DNA of 9,058 nt, from assembly GCA_028700905.1 (NCBI GenBank), contig JAQVRT010000029.1, positions 1-9,058 of the forward strand, written 5' to 3'. The position numbers and the translations under genes were made by a program. A model generated the notes under the pieces. That model was not told the DNA's origin, made no database searches, and saw only the letters and a list, made by a program, of their open reading frames with translations. Source of the stretch: Candidatus Iainarchaeum sp. GTDB taxonomy: Archaea; Iainarchaeota; Iainarchaeia; Iainarchaeales; CSSED10-239. Shown here one piece after another: positions 1 through 5,962 of this stretch (the stretch's first letter is position 1; the number at the start of each line of letters is the position of its first letter).

Positions 1-1
1 T

Positions 2-244
2 ATTAAGAATTCTTTAGAAGATGCTATTAATTTTGGACATAGTATTAATGAAAAAATATATATTATTGGGGGAGCATCCATCTACAAACAATCTATTGAA
101 ATTGCAACAAAGTTAGAGATTACAAGAATTGATCAGGAATATTTGGGAGATACTTTTTTTCCTGAAATTGATTTAGATGTTTGGAAGATTATTAAAGAAG
201 AAAAACATCAAGGTTATTCTTTTTTAACATATATTAGAAAGTGA
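2..244 (+). CDS. folA: dihydrofolate reductase, C-terminal fragment (5' end lies outside the window)
   Basis: Frame 2 is open from the window edge to TGA at 242-244. The translation is IKNSLEDAINFGHSINEKIYIIGGASIYKQSIEIATKLEITRIDQEYLGDTFFPEIDLDVWKIIKEEKHQGYSFLTYIRK. It contains the DHFR 'IGGaxIY' glycine pair and the 'GDTFFP' motif, with a C-terminus of typical length. It is absent from the supplied ORF track because it has no in-window start. Confidence 0.85.
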   Translation: MKNSLEDAINFGHSINEKIYIIGGASIYKQSIEIATKLEITRIDQEYLGDTFFPEIDLDVWKIIKEEKHQGYSFLTYIRK

Positions 245-251
245 AATAAAT

Positions 252-1319
252 ATGACAATTGCATTAGTTGATAAAAATATTAAAGAACTTATAAGTAAAA
301 ATTTATTAAAATCAGAATTTAATTTAAATAAATTTATACAACCAGCAAGTCTAGATATACCTATAGGTTCAAAAGCATACTTGATTAATGAAAAATTTAT
401 ACCTTTCAAAAAAAATATTGAAAAAATAATTAAAGAAAATAATGTTAAAGAAATAGATATTACAAAAGGAGAAATCCTTTATAAAAATCAAACATATTTA
501 ATACCTACAATTGAAATAAACCTTAATGATGATTATTATATAAAAATAAGTCCTAAAAGTTCTATTGGAAGAATTGATTTGTTTGTAAGAGGAATAATTG
601 ATAATATTGGATATTATGATTATATACCTTCAAAAACTAAAGGGAGATTATGGCTTGAAATTACACCTCAATCTTTTAATGTTAAGGTAAAGAAAGGAAT
701 TAGCTTAACACAACTTATGGTTCTTAAAAATAAAGAAAGTAAAGTAATTGATCTGAAAAATGAAAAACTTTTATTTAATGATAAGAAAAAAAATATTAGA
801 AATAATCTTTATGAAAAAAATAAAATAGTACTCTCATTAAACTTAAACAAAAATGAAATATTTGGATATGAAGCAAGATACACAAACCAAATAATTGATT
901 TAACTTCTAAAGAAAAAGTTGATTATAAAAAATTTTTTAAAAAAATTGAAATTAAAGATAATAAATATACTCTTGAAAAAGATAAATTTTATATTCTTTC
1001 AACAAAAGAAAGAATATCTGTTCCTTTAAAATATTCTGCAGAAATGATTCCATCAAACCATATGATTGGAGAACTTAGAGCACATTATGCTGGTTTTTTT
1101 GATCCTGGATGGGGATTTGGACAAAAAGGAGAAATAAAAGGTGCTAAAGGAACATTAGAAATTAGAACTCATGAAAATATTACTGTTTATGATTCTCAAC
1201 CAATCTGTTTAATAGAATATTTTGAAAATATTCAAGAACCTGAAAAACCATATGGTTTTTCTGGAAATAATTATCAAGGACAAAACAAACCTAAATTAGC
1301 TAAATATTTTAAAGAGTAG
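252..1319 (+). CDS. dcd: 2'-deoxycytidine 5'-triphosphate deaminase, long (~355 aa) form of the dCTP deaminase/dUTPase superfamily
   Basis: 355-aa ORF starting 7 nt after the folA stop. The C-terminal part, ...ELRAHYAGFFDPGWGFGQKGEIKGAKGTLEIRTHENITVYDSQPICLIEYFE, matches the dCTP deaminase core (aGfiDPGf.G..TLE..n......g..i.ql.f). The length and N-terminal extension fit the long 'DCD' family rather than the ~190-aa canonical Dcd. Confidence 0.78.
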   Translation: MTIALVDKNIKELISKNLLKSEFNLNKFIQPASLDIPIGSKAYLINEKFIPFKKNIEKIIKENNVKEIDITKGEILYKNQTYLIPTIEINLNDDYYIKISPKSSIGRIDLFVRGIIDNIGYYDYIPSKTKGRLWLEITPQSFNVKVKKGISLTQLMVLKNKESKVIDLKNEKLLFNDKKKNIRNNLYEKNKIVLSLNLNKNEIFGYEARYTNQIIDLTSKEKVDYKKFFKKIEIKDNKYTLEKDKFYILSTKERISVPLKYSAEMIPSNHMIGELRAHYAGFFDPGWGFGQKGEIKGAKGTLEIRTHENITVYDSQPICLIEYFENIQEPEKPYGFSGNNYQGQNKPKLAKYFKE

Positions 1320-1327
1320 TTTTATTT

Positions 1328-2035
1328 ATGGATGTTATAAAAATTAAAAAAGAAATAGACTCTTTTTATGATTCAGAAAAAAGTCTTAACTCTCAAAGAT
1401 TCTTTAAAACTGGTAAAGGAGAATATGGGGAAGGAGATGTCTTTCTTGGGTTATCTGTTCCTTTACAAAGAAGTATTGCTAAAAAATACTTTAAAGAAAT
1501 TAATATCAAAGACTTGGATACACTTATTAAATCAAAAATACATGAACATAGACAAGTAGCTCTTTTTTTAATGGTTTATAGGTATGAAATTGAAGATAAG
1601 AAAGGAAGGGATGAGATTTATAACTATTATGTTAAGAATATAGATAGGGTTAACAACTGGGACTTAGTTGACTCTTCTGCTCCAAACATTATAGGGCAAT
1701 ATTTATATGAAAATCCTTCTAAAAGAGAAGTTCTATACAAATGGGTAAAATCAGAGAAGTTGTTTGTTAGAAGGATTGCTATTATCTCTACTTTTTATTT
1801 TATTAAAAAGAACTATTTCTTGGACAGTCTAAAACTTTCTAAATTACTTTTAAAAGATAAAGAAGATCTAATCCATAAGGCTGTTGGTTGGATGCTAAGA
1901 GAGATTGGAAAAAGAGATTTAAAAGAAGAGACTAATTTTTTAGATAAATATTTTAAGGAAATGCCAAGAACCATGCTTAGATATTCTATTGAAAAGTTTG
2001 AAGAAAAAGAAAGATTAAAATATCTTAAAGGTTAA
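1328..2035 (+). CDS. alkD: DNA alkylation repair protein (AlkD/AlkC-type HEAT-like repeat DNA glycosylase)
   Basis: 235-aa ORF. Several blocks align by eye with Bacillus AlkD: NNWDLVDSSAPNIIGQYL (WWDSVDS..P..LG), FVRRIAIISTFYF (WLQRAAIL), IHKAVGWMLREIGKRD (IQKAIGWVLREYAK) and MPRTMLRYSIEKF. The N-terminal FFKTGKGEYGEGDVFLGLSVPLQR is typical of the family. Confidence 0.85.
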   Translation: MDVIKIKKEIDSFYDSEKSLNSQRFFKTGKGEYGEGDVFLGLSVPLQRSIAKKYFKEINIKDLDTLIKSKIHEHRQVALFLMVYRYEIEDKKGRDEIYNYYVKNIDRVNNWDLVDSSAPNIIGQYLYENPSKREVLYKWVKSEKLFVRRIAIISTFYFIKKNYFLDSLKLSKLLLKDKEDLIHKAVGWMLREIGKRDLKEETNFLDKYFKEMPRTMLRYSIEKFEEKERLKYLKG

Positions 2036-2454
2036 ATTCTTGAAGATATCCAGAATGTTAGAAAGCCTAAGAAAGCAAAAAGAAAATAAAAAGGGCTTAA
2101 TAAAAATAATGGTGCTGACAGGTAAAGTCCAGTGGTTAAAGACTTATAAATTGAAGGACTTGTTGTTAAAAATACTAAAATAAATATACTTCCTATAATT
2201 ATTAAAGGTATTAAAAGAAGCTTTGTTGTAATAAAAACTATAATAGCTGCTATAAATAATAAAATAGAGATGTTTTTTTGGTTTTTATTAATCATATTAT
2301 TTTCATTTGAAATATCTGGTAAAAATAAAAAAATTAAAAAAATACCTACAACTATAACTAGAGGTATACTTGAAAGCTTTGTAAAATCTACAAGTAGAAC
2401 GTACATTAAATAAAATATTAATAATCCTAAAAGAATTCTTACTTCTTGCTTCAT
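2032..2454 (-). CDS. hypothetical integral membrane protein (about 4 predicted TM helices)
   Basis: 140-aa ORF, almost entirely hydrophobic segments (LLGLLIFYLMYVLLV, IPLVIVVGIFLIFLFL, ILLFIAAIIVFITTKLLLIPLIIIGSIFILVFL, FYFLFAFLGFLTFWI). Its stop overlaps the alkD stop by 4 nt in convergent orientation. No family recognised. Confidence 0.5.
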   Translation of the reverse strand: MKQEVRILLGLLIFYLMYVLLVDFTKLSSIPLVIVVGIFLIFLFLPDISNENNMINKNQKNISILLFIAAIIVFITTKLLLIPLIIIGSIFILVFLTTSPSIYKSLTTGLYLSAPLFLLSPFYFLFAFLGFLTFWISSRI

Positions 2455-2512
2455 TTTTTATCTAAACCTATATTGTTTATAACTAAATATAGTTAAAAAA
2501 TGTTTAAAAAGC

Positions 2513-3316
2513 TTACTTTTTATTAAATTTACGTAAATTTCTTTTAGTTTTAAATAAAAGTCTTGGTATAGTTTTTTTTGGTTTTCTAGAACTAATTATT
2601 TCTTTAATTTCTGGAAGATATTCTTTAGGAACATTTTTAAAATCAATTTTAGATATTGGGATATTATTATCTAAATATCTTTTTAAATAATTCTCAAAAG
2701 CATATCTCTTATACACTTTTTCATTAGCTGTAGTATACTTTGGAGGAATTTCAAAAACATAATTTATTTTTTTAACTTCTGAATATTTTTTTAAAAAAAT
2801 TAATAATCTTGACATCCAATCTTGGTTTAACCTTGATGAAAGAGTACTTAATTCACTACCTTTTCCTTTTACACCTTGCATATATTTTAATCTTAAATTT
2901 AAATTATTCTTCTCATAAGTAAAAATAAAATTAAAATTACCTACAATTTCATTTTTATAATACATATCATATTGAGTACCATTAAAAAAATTATGAGGAG
3001 AATTATAACTTGAAACTTTAATTTTAAAATCTTTTCTAAAAGTTAATTCCTTGAAATTTTCTCTAAAATTTAAATTATAGTCAGTAGATTTAATTATATT
3101 TTTAAAAGAAAGAGATTTGGGTAGATTAATCATTATTTTTAATGCTTTTTCAAGTTTTAAAGGATCTTTATATTTATCTAAAATAAATTTTGTTTGTGCT
3201 TTATTAAATTTATTAAAAGGCTCTACAGCATATAGTTTAAAATATTCATAAATACCTTGTTTTTCAGATATGTTTGTTGGAAGATCATTTAAAAATAATT
3301 CTAAGTTTAATGACAT
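2513..3316 (-). CDS. hypothetical protein, 267 aa, with a strongly basic C-terminal tail
   Basis: Long ORF in an AT-rich background where random ORFs are short. The coding-strand purine bias is consistent with neighbouring genes. The tail ...SSRKPKKTIPRLLFKTKRNLRKFNKK is lysine/arginine rich. The segment LRLKYMQGVKGKGSELSTL loosely resembles a GNAT Q/RxxGxG loop, but the spacing is off by one, so no functional call is made. Confidence 0.55.
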   Translation of the reverse strand: MSLNLELFLNDLPTNISEKQGIYEYFKLYAVEPFNKFNKAQTKFILDKYKDPLKLEKALKIMINLPKSLSFKNIIKSTDYNLNFRENFKELTFRKDFKIKVSSYNSPHNFFNGTQYDMYYKNEIVGNFNFIFTYEKNNLNLRLKYMQGVKGKGSELSTLSSRLNQDWMSRLLIFLKKYSEVKKINYVFEIPPKYTTANEKVYKRYAFENYLKRYLDNNIPISKIDFKNVPKEYLPEIKEIISSRKPKKTIPRLLFKTKRNLRKFNKK

Positions 3317-3373
3317 AAATATTTTTAGTATTATAAGTTTAAAAAAGTTTCTGTAAATAGATTATTTAGATAT

Positions 3374-4270
3374 ATGGTTAAAAAAATTACTCCTATAGCA
3401 AGAAAAATTGAATCTTCTAGTGTTAGGTTTAAAGGTTATGAAAACATTGCAGAAGAAAGAGCTAAACATCAAATTAAACTTATTTTAAATGAAATTAGTA
3501 AAAGACCTGAAAAAAAATTTGAATTTAAAGTACTTAGTGAAAATCATTTTGTTGAAAGACTTTATTTTGATAAGAATTCTACAAGGCTTGGAGAAGGAAG
3601 AGTTGGAACTATTTATAATGGTTTTCTAAAGTTAAAGGGAAGTACACAAAAGAAAAGAGTTGCTATTAAGTTTTTTAAATTAGATTTTGATGATCATACT
3701 GCTCACATATATAAAAGTATTTTAAAAAAACTTGAAACAATTAAGTATCCTTCAGGAAAATCTGTTTTTCCTAAAATGGGTCTTCTAAAAATTAAGATTT
3801 TAGACAACTATAAGCCTATATGGGTAGGTGTTTCTTCTGGATTTATTAAAAAAGTAGGTCCTACAAATATTTCTAAGTTTAAGAGAAATAATGCTTTTAA
3901 TTATTCTCCAGAAGTTATAAAAGAAATTGAGTATATTTATAGAAAAGTAATTGATTTAGGTTATAGCCCTTATGATTTAGTTGCCCAATTAAAAAATAAG
4001 GGAGAAGTAGTCCCTATCGATGTGGATATGATTGTTACAGAATATATGAAAAGAGATAATAGGCTTATTACTAAAAAAGAAGATAAATTAAATGAAATTT
4101 TAGTTTCTTTTGGAAAAGTGTCAAATAGAATGGGGCAAGGATCACCAGTAGCTTCAGACAAGATATTTATTGAGCTTTGCGAAAATCTTAAAAAAAATAA
4201 AAAAGAATGGGTAAAAGAAATCCAAAAAGCTATTTCTAATTCACATAAATATTCAAATATTGATGTTTAA
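3374..4270 (+). CDS. hypothetical protein with protein-kinase-like N-lobe motifs (divergent kinase or pseudokinase)
   Basis: 298-aa ORF, divergent from 2513..3316 across a 57-bp spacer. It contains LGEGRVGTIYNGF (a GxGxxG glycine-rich loop) followed 19 residues later by RVAIKFFK (VAIK lysine motif). The downstream PYDLVAQLKNKGEVVPIDVDMIV sits where RIO/Bud32-type HGDLxxxN ... IDfxQ motifs would be, but lacks the canonical His and Asn. Confidence 0.5.
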   Translation: MVKKITPIARKIESSSVRFKGYENIAEERAKHQIKLILNEISKRPEKKFEFKVLSENHFVERLYFDKNSTRLGEGRVGTIYNGFLKLKGSTQKKRVAIKFFKLDFDDHTAHIYKSILKKLETIKYPSGKSVFPKMGLLKIKILDNYKPIWVGVSSGFIKKVGPTNISKFKRNNAFNYSPEVIKEIEYIYRKVIDLGYSPYDLVAQLKNKGEVVPIDVDMIVTEYMKRDNRLITKKEDKLNEILVSFGKVSNRMGQGSPVASDKIFIELCENLKKNKKEWVKEIQKAISNSHKYSNIDV

Positions 4271-4382
4271 AAAAAAAATTAAAAAAAAATATCATCTATT
4301 TTTAAAAGATTATTTTTAAGTATAATAAAGAAATAATTTTTTTATATTTGAAATATATCTTGGACAAAAAAATCTAATTAAG

Positions 4383-4443
4383 AATTTAAATATTATATTA
4401 TTTAAATATATAATTATTTAAATATATAATTATTTAAATAATC
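4383..4443. promoter_or_regulatory. array of four palindromic (T/A)ATTTAAATA sites at exact 16-bp spacing (2.6 tandem copies of tatttaaatatataat plus one degenerate copy); candidate operator or iteron array upstream of vapBC
   Basis: The palindrome TATTTAAATA occurs at 4399-4408, 4415-4424 and 4431-4440, and AATTTAAATA at 4383-4392. The spacer tataat is identical in the two full units. The array lies 95-150 bp upstream of the vapB start. Confidence 0.6.
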
Positions 4444-4533
4444 ATATAAATAATAAATAGATTTAAAAACCTTTTTATAGTAATTATAGTTATTAAAAAT
4501 CACTTTCGGCATAATAAAAATAAGGTGGAAAAT

Positions 4534-4767
4534 ATGGGTGTAATAACAATATCTTTAGACAACGAATCTGAAAAATTACTTAGAGATTCTGCAAAAATAC
4601 ACTATGGAAATAGAAAAGATGCTATAAGTAAAACAATTATTAAAGCTTTAAATAATTTAGAGAATAGCAGAGATGATCTTAAGAAAAATCTAATTAATAA
4701 ATTAAAAAATAATAATAAAAAATTAAATAAAAATCAAATAAAAAATAGAGATAATTATTATAAATAA
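4534..4767 (+). CDS. vapB: ribbon-helix-helix (CopG/VapB-like) antitoxin
   Basis: Small ORF immediately upstream of a PIN-domain gene, with an 11-nt gap. The N-terminus MGVITISLDNESEKLLRDSAKIHYGNRKDAISKTIIKAL fits the RHH beta-strand/helix/helix pattern. I place the start at ATG 4534, 6 nt after the AAGGTGG (4522-4528) Shine-Dalgarno, rather than at the GTG at 4525 used by the ORF track. The C-terminal half is a low-complexity K/N-rich tail. Confidence 0.7.
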   Translation: MGVITISLDNESEKLLRDSAKIHYGNRKDAISKTIIKALNNLENSRDDLKKNLINKLKNNNKKLNKNQIKNRDNYYK

Positions 4768-4778
4768 AGGAGAATAAT

Positions 4779-5195
4779 ATGATTGAAAAAACATTATTAG
4801 ATACTAATATCTTATTAAATGCATATTTTTTAGTAAATAATAAAAACAAAGAAAAAGCAATAGAGATTATAGATAAATTTGCTAACACTAAAGAATGCTA
4901 CATAAGTTTACAAACAATAATAGAATTCACAAATATTTCTATAAATAAGTTAAAGATTTCTAAAAAAGATCTAGAAACACACATAAATGAAATAAAAACA
5001 TTATTTAATATTGTAGAATATAATAAAAATAGCCTTCTTGAAGCAATAAACTTAAGTTTTAATAAAAAAATATCTTTTTTTGATGCCTTACAAGCTCAAA
5101 CTATGATAGAAAACAATATTAAAATAATATATACTGAAGATTACAAAACTTTTAAAAAAATAAAAGAAATAAAGGCAATTAATCCTTTTAAATAA
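4779..5195 (+). CDS. vapC: PIN-domain ribonuclease toxin (VapC family)
   Basis: 138-aa ORF preceded by AAGGAG. It begins with the classic LLDTNILL and has acidic residues at PIN-like positions: D8, E49 (QTIIEF), D102 (FFDALQAQT) and E120/D121 (YTEDY). The size is typical of VapC. Confidence 0.82.
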   Translation: MIEKTLLDTNILLNAYFLVNNKNKEKAIEIIDKFANTKECYISLQTIIEFTNISINKLKISKKDLETHINEIKTLFNIVEYNKNSLLEAINLSFNKKISFFDALQAQTMIENNIKIIYTEDYKTFKKIKEIKAINPFK

Positions 5196-5253
5196 AATTT
5201 AAACGAAGTAATTTCAAAAGTAATTAAAAATATTTTTAAAGAACTTTAATTTG

Positions 5254-5286
5254 GTTATGTATATTAAATAAACTAAAACATAACAA
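5254..5286. repeat. inverted pair of the GTTATGT core (gttatgt-N17-acataac, extended to acataacaa)
   Basis: 5254-5260 is gttatgt and 5278-5286 is acataacaa (reverse complement ttgttatgt). Confidence 0.7.
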
Positions 5287-5655
5287 AATTAATTTTGTTT
5301 TTTTTATTAAGTCAAAGAAAATAAATTTATTGACAATCATAAAAATACTACATATGTTGGACAGAAAAATATCTTTAAAATTTAATTATAAAAAACTAAA
5401 CTAGATCTTAAAAAAAAAATTAAAATTAATTATAAAATAAAATTATTTCCTCAAAAAGACCATCATAAAAACCAAAAAAACAACTTTTTTGCAAATATTT
5501 TTTTCTAACACTTATAAAGCCTTAAAAACAGGGGATTTAGAGGTCAAATACCCTACCCTATTTAGAACATATTTTTTAGTACATTTTTCCCTTAAATCAA
5601 ATCCCTTAAAAAGGTTAAAAAAAGCATAAAAAACACCTCTTTTTTAGGCTATTTT

Positions 5656-5679
5656 TCGGCATAAGAGATATTATGCCGA
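5656..5679. repeat. perfect 9-bp palindrome / hairpin TCGGCATAA-gagata-TTATGCCGA
   Basis: 5656-5664 (tcggcataa) is the exact reverse complement of 5671-5679 (ttatgccga), with a 6-nt spacer. An overlapping alternative pairing exists between agatatt (5666-5672) and aatatct (5686-5692). Confidence 0.85.
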
Positions 5680-5745
5680 CCGAAGAATATCTGAGAAAAT
5701 TTAATTTTTTGACACTTTCTAGAAAACAATATTTTTTCAAACCAT

Positions 5746-5760
5746 ATTGTTATGTATAGT
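5746..5760 (+). repeat. motif copy ATTGTTATGTATAGT (left arm of the 12-bp perfect inverted repeat)
   Basis: gttatgtatagt at 5749-5760 is the exact reverse complement of 5890-5901. attgttatgt at 5746-5755 is the exact reverse complement of 5856-5865. Confidence 0.85.
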
Positions 5761-5850
5761 AAATTAAATTATAAAAAATAATAATTGTAAAAAAACATTT
5801 CTTATCATCATCTCTCACAAAAATAATTTCTTATAAAATAATTTACTGCC

Positions 5851-5865
5851 CTATGACATAACAAT
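5851..5865 (-). repeat. motif copy (reverse complement ATTGTTATGTcATAG)
   Basis: The plus strand reads ctatgacataacaat. It differs from the 5746-5759 copy only by one inserted base. Confidence 0.8.
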
Positions 5866-5889
5866 TTTAAAATTTTAACCATCTCTTTA

Positions 5890-5901
5890 ACTATACATAA
5901 C
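5890..5901 (-). repeat. motif copy (reverse complement GTTATGTATAGT; right arm of the 12-bp perfect inverted repeat)
   Basis: The plus strand reads actatacataac at 5890-5901. Confidence 0.85.
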
Positions 5902-5951
5902 TAACTTACTTTTTAATACACATTAAATTTGCCGAAACAAATAATTTAAAA

Positions 5952-5962
5952 TGTTATGTAGT
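5952..5962 (+). repeat. degenerate motif copy TGTTATGTAGT
   Basis: It matches the TTGTTATGTATAGT family apart from a 2-nt deletion. Confidence 0.55.

Noticed and set aside
242-244. Possibility of a recoded genetic code, such as TGA as a sense codon, explaining the large ORF-free region.
   Set aside because: folA ends at TGA exactly at the natural DHFR C-terminus, with the next gene starting 7 nt later. The ORF-free region is dense in all three stop codons in every frame.
224-409. 61-aa minus-strand ORF from the track.
   Set aside because: It lies antisense to the folA end and dcd start. It is hydrophobic and low-complexity, as expected from reading an AT-rich gene backwards, and has no independent support.
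1368-1559. 63-aa plus-strand ORF overlapping alkD in another frame.
   Set aside because: It is fully embedded in the well-supported alkD reading frame, so it is an alternative-frame artefact.
3970-4161. 63-aa minus-strand ORF.
   Set aside because: It is antisense and internal to the 298-aa kinase-like ORF, with no start context or recognisable motif.
4274-4285. aaaaattaaaaa is shared by 4274-4285 and 6070-6081, suggesting direct repeats (att sites) flanking a vapBC-containing island.
   Set aside because: The string is pure A/T and low-complexity, and near-copies recur elsewhere (for example near 5416-5430). It is not discriminating.
4383-4443. Possible CRISPR array.
   Set aside because: The units are 16 bp and contiguous with no unique spacers, there are only about 3-4 copies, and no cas genes are present. 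This is a tandem palindromic array, not a CRISPR. The motif copies in 5196-6155 are also too short, irregularly spaced and in mixed orientations.
4525-4533. GTG at 4525 as the vapB start, as used in the ORF track.
   Set aside because: That GTG is itself part of the AAGGTGG Shine-Dalgarno. The ATG at 4534 is at ideal spacing, so I moved the start.
4694-4888. 64-aa minus-strand ORF spanning the vapB/vapC junction.
   Set aside because: It is antisense to both TA genes, and its I/L/F/Y-rich translation is typical of antisense A-rich coding sequence.
5531-5617. GC islands ggggatttagaggtcaaataccctacccta and cccttaaatcaaatccc as a structured RNA or tRNA-like element.
   Set aside because: I could find only short pairings: gggattt (5532-5538) with aaatccc (5610-5616), and agaggt (5540-5545) with acctct (5635-5640). 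These cross each other. There is no T-loop or D-loop consensus, and I recognised no RNase P, SRP or riboswitch signature. I left it as part of the unassigned region.
5673-5759. 28-codon ORF (MPTEEYLRKFNFLTLSRKQYFFKPYCYV) starting inside the palindrome.
   Set aside because: It has no ribosome-binding site, its start codon is buried in the hairpin arm, and there is no recognisable motif. It is indistinguishable from chance in this composition.
5805-5812. Minus-strand GATGATGA as the C box of an archaeal C/D-box sRNA.
   Set aside because: There is no CTGA D or D' box at the required 12-nt guide spacing or within about 70 nt downstream on that strand.
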